From: a virus
Lineage: Duplodnaviria; Caudoviricetes
Strand: one strand, 5' to 3'
Length of the DNA stretch: 64,000 nucleotides
Virus record (IMG/VR): IMGVR_UViG_3300036851_000068
Span: 1,822-65,821 of that record
The notes beneath the pieces were generated by a model, which worked only from the letters and a program-made list of their open reading frames with translations, was not told where the DNA came from and ran no database searches. The translations under genes and the position numbers were made by a program. This document shows, piece by piece, positions 9,025-17,884 of this stretch (positions are counted from its first letter, which is position 1; the number at the start of each line of letters is the position of its first letter).

Positions 9025-10001
9025 CAGGACTGAGTGACGCGCTCGCAGACTTAGAGAAGAAGATCAAGAAGGAGCACGGGCCGCACGCTGTTACTACCGG
9101 CGATAAGGTGCCGGACATTGGGCGTGTGCCGACAGGTTTTGCGAAGTTGGACAAGATTCTGCGTGGAGGATTTCCGAAGGGTAGGATTACGGAGGTGTGG
9201 GGGCCGCAGAGCGCGGGCAAGAGCACACTAATCTTCTTCATCATTGCGGCGATTCAGAAGGCTGACCCGAAGGCGCGCGTGGCGTACTTTGACCTGGAGA
9301 ATACATTTGACAAGGCGTGGGCGGCACGGTGCGGAATCATCTTGGAGCGCTTGGTGGTAGTGAAGGCTATGACGGCTGAGCGCGCCGGGGACCTGCTGCT
9401 TCTTATGGTGCGCGACAAGTGGGATATGGTGGTGGTTGATAGCGTGGTGGAGTTGATTCCCGCTAGTGTACTGGAGAAGGAGACAGGCAAGGCAACGTAT
9501 GCGCCGGTGGCTAACGTGCTAAGCGCGCTGCTTCCGAAGGTTGTGGTGTTGCAGAGTAACAGTCCAACAGTGGTTGTGCTGACTAACCAGGTGCGCGATA
9601 ATATAGGATTCTTCCTGGGTAAAGGTACGAAGTCGCCAGGCGGTAATGCGCTGTTCCATATGGATAGCCTGAAGTTGCGGGTGCAGCGCAAGGAGCCGAT
9701 TACTGGCGTCCTGATTGACCCGACATTGCAAAAGCACTTGGACACCATTGGGATAAAGTCCCCGAAGCCGAAGAAGGAATACGGGTACATTATGGCGATC
9801 AAGGTAGTGAAGTCGAAGGTAAGCCGGGAGAAAGAGATGTGTTTGCTGCCGGTGTTGTTCGATATTGGAATCATAGAGGAGGGCACAGGACATGCGAAGG
9901 ATTCTAGCCAGCCTAGCGTTAGTGTTGGTGCTGTCGGCACCAGTGCTGTCGAGCGGCGACTCGCAGGCAAGAGCACAGGCGTTGCGAGCGCTGCAAAGTA
10001 G
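9021..10001 (+). CDS. recA: RecA/UvsX-family recombinase
   Basis: GGFPKGRITEVWGPQSAGKST, VVVDSV, TNQVR, SPGGNAL, KVVKSKV. Confidence 0.93.
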   Translation: MTGLSDALADLEKKIKKEHGPHAVTTGDKVPDIGRVPTGFAKLDKILRGGFPKGRITEVWGPQSAGKSTLIFFIIAAIQKADPKARVAYFDLENTFDKAWAARCGIILERLVVVKAMTAERAGDLLLLMVRDKWDMVVVDSVVELIPASVLEKETGKATYAPVANVLSALLPKVVVLQSNSPTVVVLTNQVRDNIGFFLGKGTKSPGGNALFHMDSLKLRVQRKEPITGVLIDPTLQKHLDTIGIKSPKPKKEYGYIMAIKVVKSKVSREKEMCLLPVLFDIGIIEEGTGHAKDSSQPSVSVGAVGTSAVERRLAGKSTGVASAAK

Positions 10002-10581
10002 CGTTGCGCTGTTTGCTTCTAACAAACTTTATAGCGGGGCGTCGTTCTGTAGCGGGGTAATCATTGGCACGCGCCATGTGTTGACGGCTGCGCACTGTCT
10101 CCATAGCGGATTTGCTGTAGATCGAATGGTTGTGGTTACCTATGACGGCAAGACGCATAGGGCTACGCGCGCGGTGCGCGAGAAGGCGGGCTGGGACCTG
10201 GCTATCATTGAGATAGCCGACAACCTTGGAGGGCGCGTGGCAACGTTAACACAGGACATTGCACCGGGCGATGCACTGTTGATGGCGGGCAGCATGGATG
10301 GCGAGGAGTTCACCCTGTCGTATATTCGCCTGAGTAAAATTGTACCGAATGGTGTAGTGGGCGCTGAGCCTCATCAAATGTTTATTGCTACGGGCGTTGT
10401 GTGGTTCGGGAACAGTGGCGGGGGAGCGTTTGATGAGCACGGAAACCTTGTGGGTATCTTCTCGAAGATAAGGCTGACTGTGGAGACTAGCGCACACGAG
10501 AAGGTTGTGGCGGGCGGGCCACTGTGGGGCTGGTTTGTGGGACCGGCGACAGTAGGCGCGTTCATGGAGCAGAAGCCGTGA
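9892..10581 (+). CDS. secreted trypsin-like (S1) serine protease
   Basis: Signal peptide; CSG, LTAAHC, DLAII, GNSGG; SD GAGGAGG. Confidence 0.9.
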   Translation: MRRILASLALVLVLSAPVLSSGDSQARAQALRALQSSVALFASNKLYSGASFCSGVIIGTRHVLTAAHCLHSGFAVDRMVVVTYDGKTHRATRAVREKAGWDLAIIEIADNLGGRVATLTQDIAPGDALLMAGSMDGEEFTLSYIRLSKIVPNGVVGAEPHQMFIATGVVWFGNSGGGAFDEHGNLVGIFSKIRLTVETSAHEKVVAGGPLWGWFVGPATVGAFMEQKP

Positions 10582-10745
10582 AGCAGTTCGACATGGTGCG
10601 CATCAATGCTGTGGAGAATGGCTACGTGATTAGTGCGCGGCGGCGGGGACAGAAGCCGCAGTCGTATGCTTACTCCGAGTCGTTCGTGGCGAAGACATGG
10701 GCTGAGGTAATTGAAGTGCTGAAGAAAATGGATGTGCTGGACTGA
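10578..10745 (+). CDS. hypothetical phage protein
   Basis: INAVENGYVI motif; GTG start coupled to upstream stop. Confidence 0.55.
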   Translation: MKQFDMVRINAVENGYVISARRRGQKPQSYAYSESFVAKTWAEVIEVLKKMDVLD

Positions 10746-11455
10746 TGAGCGCTCTGTCTAAGGTACTGACTGAAGACATAGACATTGCTACGTTCAAGGT
10801 GAAACTGGGCCAGGGCGTGCGCGGGTTAACGGCTGAGCCTGAGCGCCACCGGAAGCGTGAGTTGCATGTGAGCGACTTCACGCAGAGTGAGAAGCAGTTT
10901 TGTTATCGGAAATTGGTGTTGCGCTATTTCAAAGGTGAGGACCGTACGCGCGGCGTGAGCATGGTGCAGTTAGATGGTAAGTGGCGCGAGGATAAGTGGC
11001 GGCGAATATTTGAGTCGGCGGGTATTCTCAAAGACTATCAGGAAGTGTTGCGCGTGGGCATGCTTGTGGGGCATCCCGACTTTCTCGTGGACTATGGCAG
11101 GGGCGACACGATTCTGGAACTGACCGGGCACGATAGCAAAATAGACCCGATACTGCGGCAGTCGCGCCTGGCCGTGAAGAAGCGCCAGTGTTTGACCTAT
11201 CTCATTATGCGGGTGAAGATGTACCCTGGCTCACGGCGACGAGCGCTGGTTGTGGTGGAGAACAAAGGGAACAACGAGTTTCAAGTGTACCCGGTAGACT
11301 ACGATGAGGAGAAGGCAACGCTGTTGATGAAGCGTGTGGTGCGAGTACAAAAGTTGGTAACCGCTATGGGCAAGGCGACACCGGAGCGTAGGACTGAGAT
11401 TTACAGGCAGATTCCTCGCTGCGGGACCAAGAACTGCAAGGTGTGCTACGCATGA
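10745..11455 (+). CDS. PD-(D/E)XK exonuclease, Cas4/AddB-like
   Basis: HVSD....FCYRK, GHPD, C-terminal C..NCKVC Fe-S-type cysteines; canonical ExK appears degenerate (ELT). Confidence 0.7.
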   Translation: MSALSKVLTEDIDIATFKVKLGQGVRGLTAEPERHRKRELHVSDFTQSEKQFCYRKLVLRYFKGEDRTRGVSMVQLDGKWREDKWRRIFESAGILKDYQEVLRVGMLVGHPDFLVDYGRGDTILELTGHDSKIDPILRQSRLAVKKRQCLTYLIMRVKMYPGSRRRALVVVENKGNNEFQVYPVDYDEEKATLLMKRVVRVQKLVTAMGKATPERRTEIYRQIPRCGTKNCKVCYA

Positions 11456-11580
11456 AGTGCGGTAAGTGTAACGGTACCGGGAAGATATTGGACTGGTGGC
11501 CGCTAGTGGGCGTACCAGGAGCAACGTTTCAGGAGCAAGATTGCGACCGCTGTAAGGGTACGGGGGAGGAGCGCCGGTGA
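11452..11580 (+). CDS. mini DnaJ-type zinc-finger protein (42 aa, not in ORF track)
   Basis: CGKCNGTG...CDRCKGTG; coupled on both sides. Confidence 0.6.
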   Translation: MKCGKCNGTGKILDWWPLVGVPGATFQEQDCDRCKGTGEERR

Positions 11581-12047
11581 GAGTTCTTGGCGTTGACTTA
11601 TCACTAGCGAAGTGTGGGCTTGCCGTGGTGGAGAACGAGCGGCTTCTGTTTGTGGCTACGGCGCGGCCAGACCGCAGGCTGTCGCAAATGGGGAAGCGTG
11701 CGTCGGTGCTGAAGTATATCGAGGCGCTGTGGGAGAAGTACAACTTTGGTTTGATTGTGATGGAGTCAGCGAGGCTGTATACGGGCGGCAAGAACGTGCC
11801 TTTGGTTAGCATAGAGGCGATCATAAGCCTGTCTACTACGATTGAAGACTGGGCGCAGCGTACAGGTAATGCTGGTGTTGTAAAGGTGGCAACAAATTCC
11901 TGGCGAAAAGTTGTACTCGGGGACGGGCGCGCGCAGAAGAAGGATGCACAAGTGTATGTGTTGCATCATTTTCGCAAGGACTTAAACGAGGACGCAGCCG
12001 AGGCTATATGCCAGGCCGTGTATGGGGTGAAGACATGGCAACCGTAG
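11577..12047 (+). CDS. ruvC: RuvC-like Holliday junction resolvase
   Basis: VLGVDLS, IVME, WRK...G.GRAQK, EDAAEA. Confidence 0.85.
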   Translation: MRVLGVDLSLAKCGLAVVENERLLFVATARPDRRLSQMGKRASVLKYIEALWEKYNFGLIVMESARLYTGGKNVPLVSIEAIISLSTTIEDWAQRTGNAGVVKVATNSWRKVVLGDGRAQKKDAQVYVLHHFRKDLNEDAAEAICQAVYGVKTWQP

Positions 12048-12217
12048 AAGATCAGCCTGTTCGTGGCCGGTGCCCGTATTGCGGAATATGGCTGCGGGCC
12101 AGTTCACAGGCAAAGTTGGCGAAGGCGACGAACGAGCACCTGATGAAGCCGGGGCCGTGCAGTGATGAATTGATGCGTGAAGTCGTGGAGGGCAAAGATC
12201 GTGACAGAATCCGGTAG
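12035..12217 (+). CDS. small zinc-binding protein
   Basis: CPYCG...H...C. Confidence 0.5.
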   Translation: MATVEDQPVRGRCPYCGIWLRASSQAKLAKATNEHLMKPGPCSDELMREVVEGKDRDRIR

Positions 12218-12587
12218 TCGCAGTAGACTCGGGCGTTGGGGTGAGGAGTTTGTTGCGAAGCACATGGGGTACAAGCGTGTGCCGTTCAGCGGTGGCGTGT
12301 GGCCTTACTTAGAAGACTTGGTGCGTGAGCGCATTGTGTCGTTCAAGGATAAAGGCGGTGGCGGGCGCGAGACGATGAAGGTACGGCACTTGGCACAGGT
12401 GAAGACTACGGAGAGTGATGCGTTCTTGAAAGAGTGGCTGAAGTTGGAGGAGCATGCGCAGACGGAGAACGCGGTGCCGCACTGGTATACCGTGGTCAAG
12501 ACGCCACAGCAGGCATACATATTTGAGACGAGATTGGCGAAGGTAATTCTCCTGGGAATAGGAGGTGGCAACAATGGACGTGAGTGA
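12201..12587 (+). CDS. PD-(D/E)XK endonuclease, Hjc-like
   Basis: G..GEE.VA, R.P.SGG, D, QVK. Confidence 0.6.
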   Translation: MTESGSRSRLGRWGEEFVAKHMGYKRVPFSGGVWPYLEDLVRERIVSFKDKGGGGRETMKVRHLAQVKTTESDAFLKEWLKLEEHAQTENAVPHWYTVVKTPQQAYIFETRLAKVILLGIGGGNNGRE

Positions 12588-12732
12588 GATTAAGTCATTG
12601 TGGCTGGCGTACATCCTGCTTGCTCTATTGCTGAGACTGGGATGGCTGGCGGGCGGATACGTAGCGCACCTTATTCTTGAAGGCGCGCTGTACGTGTATG
12701 ACGAGATCAGATTGCGACTGGGAAGGGGCTAG
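12574..12732 (+). CDS. small membrane protein (not in ORF track)
   Basis: AGGAGG SD; MDVSEIKSLWLAYILLALLL... Confidence 0.5.
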   Translation: MDVSEIKSLWLAYILLALLLRLGWLAGGYVAHLILEGALYVYDEIRLRLGRG

Positions 12733-12737
12733 GGCAG

Positions 12738-13094
12738 ATGGCTGTAGAGACGCGGTTTCTGGCAAGGGTGCAGAAGTTCTATGTGCAGGGCGGCTTCGTG
12801 CGCCTATTGCTGGACCTTGACCCGTCACAGTTGGGTCGTGTCATTCATCTTGCAGCATTTACGGGCGGTGGCGTGGATAACCCCCGGCCCTTCGCGGTAC
12901 GCATAGTCGCGAAGGAGATTCCGGGGCTTGCGTGGCGCGGGATGCTGAAGCGGTTGACGATCAATCAGATAGGCGGCAGCAGTGTAGATATGCTTATGGA
13001 TAAAGGTTTTGACCTGGGCATACTCGCGCGCATGACTGACCGCGATGTGGCTATAGAGGCTAAGGAGGTAGACGATAGTGGACAACCGGCGTGA
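12738..13094 (+). CDS. hypothetical protein
   Basis: Fills gap in operon; overlaps next start. Confidence 0.55.
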   Translation: MAVETRFLARVQKFYVQGGFVRLLLDLDPSQLGRVIHLAAFTGGGVDNPRPFAVRIVAKEIPGLAWRGMLKRLTINQIGGSSVDMLMDKGFDLGILARMTDRDVAIEAKEVDDSGQPA

Positions 13095-13356
13095 ACGGTA
13101 TGTGACGACGGGGGAAGTGCAGTTCGGTGAAAACCGGACGCTGGTGGTTAGTGTGCTGGGCGGGAGGATTGTTGTGGGACAGCGCATTACGTTCCGCAAT
13201 GACGACGGAAGCACGGGCAAGGCGTTCCTCAAGAATGCACCAAGCCTTGACGTTGCTGCGGCAGATGAGTTGATTGCGGCGCTGACGAAGGCGGTCGCAG
13301 AACTGAAGCGGCGGGGCACTGGTGCAACGCTGACTACGAGTACAGGGAGGGAATAG
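13078..13356 (+). CDS. PC4/YdbC-like ssDNA-binding protein
   Basis: Beta-meander LVVS..RIVVGQR followed by helix; AAGGAGG SD. Confidence 0.45.
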   Translation: MDNRRERYVTTGEVQFGENRTLVVSVLGGRIVVGQRITFRNDDGSTGKAFLKNAPSLDVAAADELIAALTKAVAELKRRGTGATLTTSTGRE

Positions 13357-13358
13357 AC

Positions 13359-13940
13359 ATGGCAAAGCAAGCAGACATGGCACGAGATGATTACAGCGTT
13401 GCGGACGTTGTGAACGCAATGCATCTTGGAAGCCTGGAGGGTACGGCGCGTGTGGCGCAGTTGTTTCCGGCGCTTGTGAGCGGCCTGTTGATTGACGCGA
13501 TAGACACACTGGCAGCGATCATCGGGCAGCAGAAGGCAGCAGGCATTGAGGAGAAGGTGCGCGCGTCGTTTAAGCCGGGGTCCAAGAAGGACAAGGTGGA
13601 GGCAGCGGTTGATAAGGAGATTGCTGCTGAGCCGGAGCCTGAGCCAGCGCCGGAGCCAGAAGCACCCACACAGGGCGACTTGCTGGATACGGTGCCAGGC
13701 GGTACAGAGGAACCAGCGCCAGCCCCTGAGAAGCCTGCCAAGGGCAAGGGGAAGGGCAAGGCAGCGTCGAAGACAGAGGCACCGGCTGTAGAGCCAGCCA
13801 AGGCCGAGAAGGGCACCAAGACCAAGGCCGAGGACGACCTGGATGCACTCCTGGATGAACTGGAGGACGCTGGGCCGGGCGACGCTGATGGCGAGGGTGA
13901 AGGTGAAGGAGACGGGGACGGAGACGGTGACGGAGAATAG
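13359..13940 (+). CDS. hypothetical protein with long P/E/K-rich disordered region and acidic GE/GD tail
   Basis: GGGAGG SD; composition. Confidence 0.7.
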   Translation: MAKQADMARDDYSVADVVNAMHLGSLEGTARVAQLFPALVSGLLIDAIDTLAAIIGQQKAAGIEEKVRASFKPGSKKDKVEAAVDKEIAAEPEPEPAPEPEAPTQGDLLDTVPGGTEEPAPAPEKPAKGKGKGKAASKTEAPAVEPAKAEKGTKTKAEDDLDALLDELEDAGPGDADGEGEGEGDGDGDGDGE

Positions 13941-13953
13941 GCCCTGACGAGCC

Positions 13954-13990
13954 GGGGGCAGGGTTGTTGAGCGCCCTGCCCCGCACGTTT
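13954..13990 (+). terminator. GC-rich hairpin terminator ending the replication operon
   Basis: GGGGCAGGG...CCCTGCCCC stem just after stop; weak U-tract. Confidence 0.6.
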
Positions 13991-14042
13991 GATGGAAGAT
14001 AAGAAGTGTACGTTTGATGGAAGTTTCAGGGGCAGAAAGTGC

Positions 14043-14078
14043 TTGACGAATGGTGTACAAAGGCTATGATTAGTACAC
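14043..14078 (+). promoter_or_regulatory. sigma70-type promoter with operator copy 1 (GTGTAC-N14-GTACAC)
   Basis: TTGACG 14043-48, 16 bp spacer, TATGAT 14065-70; GTGTAC 14053-58 / GTACAC 14073-78. Confidence 0.8.
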
Positions 14079-14310
14079 AGGCCAACGACGATACACTGAA
14101 ATCCCGGCGGATACCGGGGGCAGCACCAGCAGCGGCCAAGTGAACAGCAGGCGGAAGGGACGACGCGGCAAGGGCCGCAAGCGGTACAGCCCAAAGTGGG
14201 CGCTGCCCGCAGGTAACCAAAACCCTGAGAAACCACAGACTTACAATCGGAAGGTACGCGCTGCGTGATACTACGCAGCGAGCGCCACACAACGAGAGGA
14301 GATGATACCG

Positions 14311-14439
14311 ATGGGCGGATTGCATATCGAATGGAGCAACGTGAATCGAGCGTGGTTTCTGATGTGGTTTGACCAGGTGCTGCGAGTGTTCAATGAGAAG
14401 TCAGATGCTGAGATGGCATTTGAAGATTTGACTGCGTAA
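14311..14439 (+). CDS. small early protein (42 aa, not in ORF track)
   Basis: GAGGAG SD; MGGLHIEWSNVNRAWFLMWFDQVLRVF... Confidence 0.6.
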   Translation: MGGLHIEWSNVNRAWFLMWFDQVLRVFNEKSDAEMAFEDLTA

Positions 14440-14563
14440 GGAAGTCGTTCTGTAGGATAAAGGTACGTGCCGGGCTACACCCCTTAACCCTGTTAGGGAG
14501 GGGCCGTGTACAAAAGGTCGTTGACCCTGCCCGGCGAACGCTGAGCCTACGGAGGTATTTACA

Positions 14564-14707
14564 ATGGGTACATGGGAGATCAAGAGTACAGCGTCAGCCA
14601 AGGAGATCAATGCCTTGCGCACTATCGCCGAGGCTGAGGCTTTTGCGCATGGCGAGAATCCTGAAGATGTAAAGGTCGTGTTCGTTCTGGATGGTATCCC
14701 CGCCTGA
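14564..14707 (+). CDS. small early protein (47 aa, not in ORF track)
   Basis: GGAGGT SD; MGTWEIKSTASAKEINALR... Confidence 0.55.
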   Translation: MGTWEIKSTASAKEINALRTIAEAEAFAHGENPEDVKVVFVLDGIPA

Positions 14708-14817
14708 ATGAGCCAGTTGATGGCGAAACGTGCGCCGCGCGCGCACGTCGCGGGCAGCACCACATTCGGCCCACACTTGGCGTTAGCCAGGGTCGGGCAC
14801 AAACGAGGGTTGGTGAC

Positions 14818-15930
14818 ATGAATCTATTCAAGGCACACAGGCAGTGGGCAGTTCGCCCAGCGGATGAGCGGTTCCCGACGTTGCAGGCTTTGCATGCTGC
14901 TACTAAGGAATACGCTGACCAGGCGGGTGAGAAGCGAGTGCCCTGGTCTTCGCTTCGAGTCGAGGCGCAGGGCGAGGATGTACGGTTGGTAGGGAAGGCC
15001 AACGTGCCAGCAGCGCTGACACATTGGTCCTTCGGACAGTTGAGTTCAAGGGTTGAGGCACCGGCTGAGTATCTGCGGCGCTTGCCGCCGACACTGGCCG
15101 CACAGAATCTCAATTACGGGCTAGCGCATAAGTCCGACGAGAGTGAATCTGATGCGCAACTTCTCTTTCACAAGGACGGCGACCTGCTACTGCGCGCTAT
15201 CACTAGCGAGCGGTATTCGCGCATTTGGAATCACGAGGTAGCGCAGCGGTTGCTGAACCTTGAGCAGTATGGTTGGGAGCCAGCGGTGCCGGACACGCAG
15301 TTTGCACCGTCTATTGGTCAGATCGTAGCGCCAGCGCCTAACGGCAACACAGCGCTGTACGCCAGCGATCACGATATGTTCGCCTTCCTGATGAATCGCA
15401 GCAGCGATATTGCTGAGGCGGGCACGAACGAGCCTCTGAAGCGAGGCTTTATCGTGGAGAACAGCGAAGTCGGCGCGTCGGCGCTGAAGTTGACGCGCTT
15501 CCTCTACAGGATGATGTGCGGTAATCACATCATTTGGGATTCCTCGAAGGTCGTGGAGATCAGCCTGCGTCACATCGGTAAGGCGCGCGAGCGCTTTACA
15601 GACGAGTGGCTGGCTGAACTGAAGCGGTATTCGGAGGAGTCAGCCTCTGACGAGGAGGCTAAGATTGCAGCGGCTAAGACGCGCGTGATTGGCGCGACGA
15701 AGGAAGAGGTACTTGACCGACTCTTCTCAAACCGCTCGCTTCAAATCACACGCAAGGCGCTGACTGCCGGGTACGAGACGGCTGAGGTGTATAGAGACAC
15801 AGACGGCGACCCGCGCACGGTTTGGGGTATGGTGAACGGGTTGACACGACACAGCCAGACTCTCCCGTATGCTGACGCACGGACGCAGGTTGACCGCGCG
15901 GCAGGTAGGCTGCTGGAGATCACATTCTAG
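14818..15930 (+). CDS. DUF932/DUF945-family protein
   Basis: LRAITSERY, NSEVG, RMMCGNH, RHIG, TVWGMVNGLT, AGRLL. Confidence 0.8.
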   Translation: MNLFKAHRQWAVRPADERFPTLQALHAATKEYADQAGEKRVPWSSLRVEAQGEDVRLVGKANVPAALTHWSFGQLSSRVEAPAEYLRRLPPTLAAQNLNYGLAHKSDESESDAQLLFHKDGDLLLRAITSERYSRIWNHEVAQRLLNLEQYGWEPAVPDTQFAPSIGQIVAPAPNGNTALYASDHDMFAFLMNRSSDIAEAGTNEPLKRGFIVENSEVGASALKLTRFLYRMMCGNHIIWDSSKVVEISLRHIGKARERFTDEWLAELKRYSEESASDEEAKIAAAKTRVIGATKEEVLDRLFSNRSLQITRKALTAGYETAEVYRDTDGDPRTVWGMVNGLTRHSQTLPYADARTQVDRAAGRLLEITF

Positions 15931-16013
15931 GGTTCACGGTACGGGGCGCGCTGTCACCCGCCAGCGCGCTGACCGCTACACCCTAGCGGAATACAAAGAG
16001 AGGGGAGACTCAC

Positions 16014-16148
16014 ATGGCGATCACAGTTAAGGTGAAGGTTCAGGTTGACTCGGCCAATGGTGACCCTGATGCGATAGCGCTGGCAATGGAGAACGTAGCG
16101 ATCAAGCATGGGGCACTGGTGTTGACCAAGATAGTTACTCGGGAATAG
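16014..16148 (+). CDS. small hypothetical protein (44 aa, not in ORF track)
   Basis: GGGGAG SD; MAITVKVKVQVDSANG... Confidence 0.5.
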   Translation: MAITVKVKVQVDSANGDPDAIALAMENVAIKHGALVLTKIVTRE

Positions 16149-16360
16149 GGCTAACGCACAGGCGCAGGCGACTGGCGGTCGAACCGGCGAGCGCAGGTGC
16201 GCTACAGAGGAGAGTAAGGCCATACTTCCTGCCCTAAGCGGCGAGCGTGAACGGATGTCTGAGGCGCTAACGGCGCTTGCTCCCGTTCACGCGAAGCCGC
16301 ATGGTTGGCTGTCAAGGAAAAGTTTTCGCAGCGTGAATGCGGCCAGCAGTGCGGGGCAGT

Positions 16361-16413
16361 GTGTACAAAATGCGGGCCGTGTACACTGTTTGTAAAACCT
16401 CGTATGCTATAAT
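16361..16413 (+). promoter_or_regulatory. operator copy 2 plus extended -10 promoter
   Basis: GTGTAC 16361-66 / GTACAC 16381-86; TGcTATAAT with -10 at 16408-13; GGAGGTG SD downstream. Confidence 0.8.
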
Positions 16414-16432
16414 TGGGATGGAGGTGAGAGAT

Positions 16433-16612
16433 ATGAAAGCCGCGTGTAAGAGGTGTGGGAGCAGGGCGCGTCCGTTAGATGAGGAGCACATCTGTACACC
16501 ATGTCGCGAGTATGGTCGTTTCCTGACATGGTATCGAGAACAAGGTGAGCGGAAGGAGGCGCGCCGTGCGAATAGAAAACAAGACGGAGTACAGCACGAA
16601 GGCACTTCGTAG
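16433..16612 (+). CDS. small zinc-finger protein
   Basis: CKRC...CTPC; strong SD. Confidence 0.6.
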   Translation: MKAACKRCGSRARPLDEEHICTPCREYGRFLTWYREQGERKEARRANRKQDGVQHEGTS

Positions 16613-17171
16613 AGTCCTGACAGTCGTTCACCAAAGCATTGCTCGTAACCGTGGCCGACTTCCTCAGTGGAGGCGGCTGTTGTGCCGGGTTCTGTATCGG
16701 AGGGCACGATGGCCTAGTGTGGCAGGTCGGGCTTACATTGGTGGGTCAATCATGTACCTGCTGCCTTCGCGCAAGCAGGCCGACACGGTAGACTTTGCAA
16801 TCGTCGCATGGCACGAGTTACTTCATTGCTACGGGTTCGCCGAGGCTGACATACCGAAGACCTGGACTATGGCGAATTACAAGCGCTGGGATGGGCTGGC
16901 GCAGGAGTTGGGGGCTACGATGCCCTTGCAGCCAGCGAAGGGCAAGGCGGGGCCGGTAGAGCGCCAGGCGCAGCGTCTACGGAAGGCGCAGGCCGGACTG
17001 AAGCGGTGGCAGCGTAAGGCAAGGCTGGCTGGAACCAAGATCAAGCAGTACCGTAAGAAGGTTTCATACTACGAGAGGAGGGCTTCGCATGGGGAAGCAG
17101 AGGGATTGGGAATTGTGGCATCGTCAGATGGAACGCGAGAGGCAGTGGACTCCAACGGAGGGCAGTCCTGA
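16566..17171 (+). CDS. basic protein with HExxH zincin-like motif and C-terminal coiled coil
   Basis: GRAY...VAWHELLHCYG; AAGGAGG SD before GTG 16566. Confidence 0.65.
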   Translation: MRIENKTEYSTKALRRVLTVVHQSIARNRGRLPQWRRLLCRVLYRRARWPSVAGRAYIGGSIMYLLPSRKQADTVDFAIVAWHELLHCYGFAEADIPKTWTMANYKRWDGLAQELGATMPLQPAKGKAGPVERQAQRLRKAQAGLKRWQRKARLAGTKIKQYRKKVSYYERRASHGEAEGLGIVASSDGTREAVDSNGGQS

Positions 17172-17289
17172 TTGCCCGTCATGTGGGTCCTTCTTGCCGA
17201 ATGAGTATCACGATGTAGATTGTGCATACGTGGCTGAGCGCCGGGCAATTCAAGAGGCGCAGATGCGCATGGAGCGTGAGCGGTGGTAA
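17089..17289 (+). CDS. small zinc-binding protein
   Basis: CPSCG...H..DC; GAGGAGG SD. Confidence 0.5.
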   Translation: MGKQRDWELWHRQMERERQWTPTEGSPDCPSCGSFLPNEYHDVDCAYVAERRAIQEAQMRMERERW

Positions 17290-17543
17290 GGTTCGTGGCA
17301 GTTGCAGCGCTATCCTTCCTGGCTGGTGCGGGGCTGTGGGTCGCTAACGCGAGCATAGCCCTGCCTGCGTCTGATGCGCCACTCACGGCAGACGAGTGGT
17401 CGTTGTGGTCGGGAGAGGGCGTGTGGTATGCACACCTTGAGTTCTGTGAGTACGAGAACGAGAAGGACTGGCGAGTGTGCATGCGGCGCAACGGGCTTGA
17501 GCCGAACCCGACACCGTGGAACGTTGTGCCGACTTCGTTCTAA
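17283..17543 (+). CDS. small secreted/membrane-anchored protein
   Basis: Hydrophobic N-terminus; FC...WRVCMRRNG. Confidence 0.5.
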   Translation: MVRFVAVAALSFLAGAGLWVANASIALPASDAPLTADEWSLWSGEGVWYAHLEFCEYENEKDWRVCMRRNGLEPNPTPWNVVPTSF

Positions 17544-17554
17544 GGAGCGTGACT

Positions 17555-17884
17555 ATGGACCCGATGAGTCTGGAAGCCTGGCGCAAGGTGCAGCCAACGT
17601 TGCGCACAAAAGCACAGAGGCTGTTTGCGTACATTGAGGAACACGGGCCGCATACGTGTGATGAACTGGAGTTTCTGCTTACCATGCCTCATCAGACTGT
17701 GAGCGCAATGCTTAACATCATGATGGAGGCCGGGCTGGTGTTCAAGACGGGCAGCACACGTTTGACCCGGTACAGGCGCAACGCGAACATATGGGAACTG
17801 GAGTCGAGGCGTAAGGAAGGACGCTGGTTGAGTGATGGTGGTCAGGCGGCGTACCTAGCATTTCAAAAGGAGCGTGACGCATGA
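17555..17884 (+). CDS. winged-helix DNA-binding protein
   Basis: G..TCDELE..L.MPHQTVSA.L..M...GLV..TG..R.T...R.A.IW. Confidence 0.75.
   Translation: MDPMSLEAWRKVQPTLRTKAQRLFAYIEEHGPHTCDELEFLLTMPHQTVSAMLNIMMEAGLVFKTGSTRLTRYRRNANIWELESRRKEGRWLSDGGQAAYLAFQKERDA

Noticed and set aside
10745-11455. CRISPR-associated Cas4
   Set aside because: No other cas genes or array; solo Cas4-like nucleases are common in phage recombination modules
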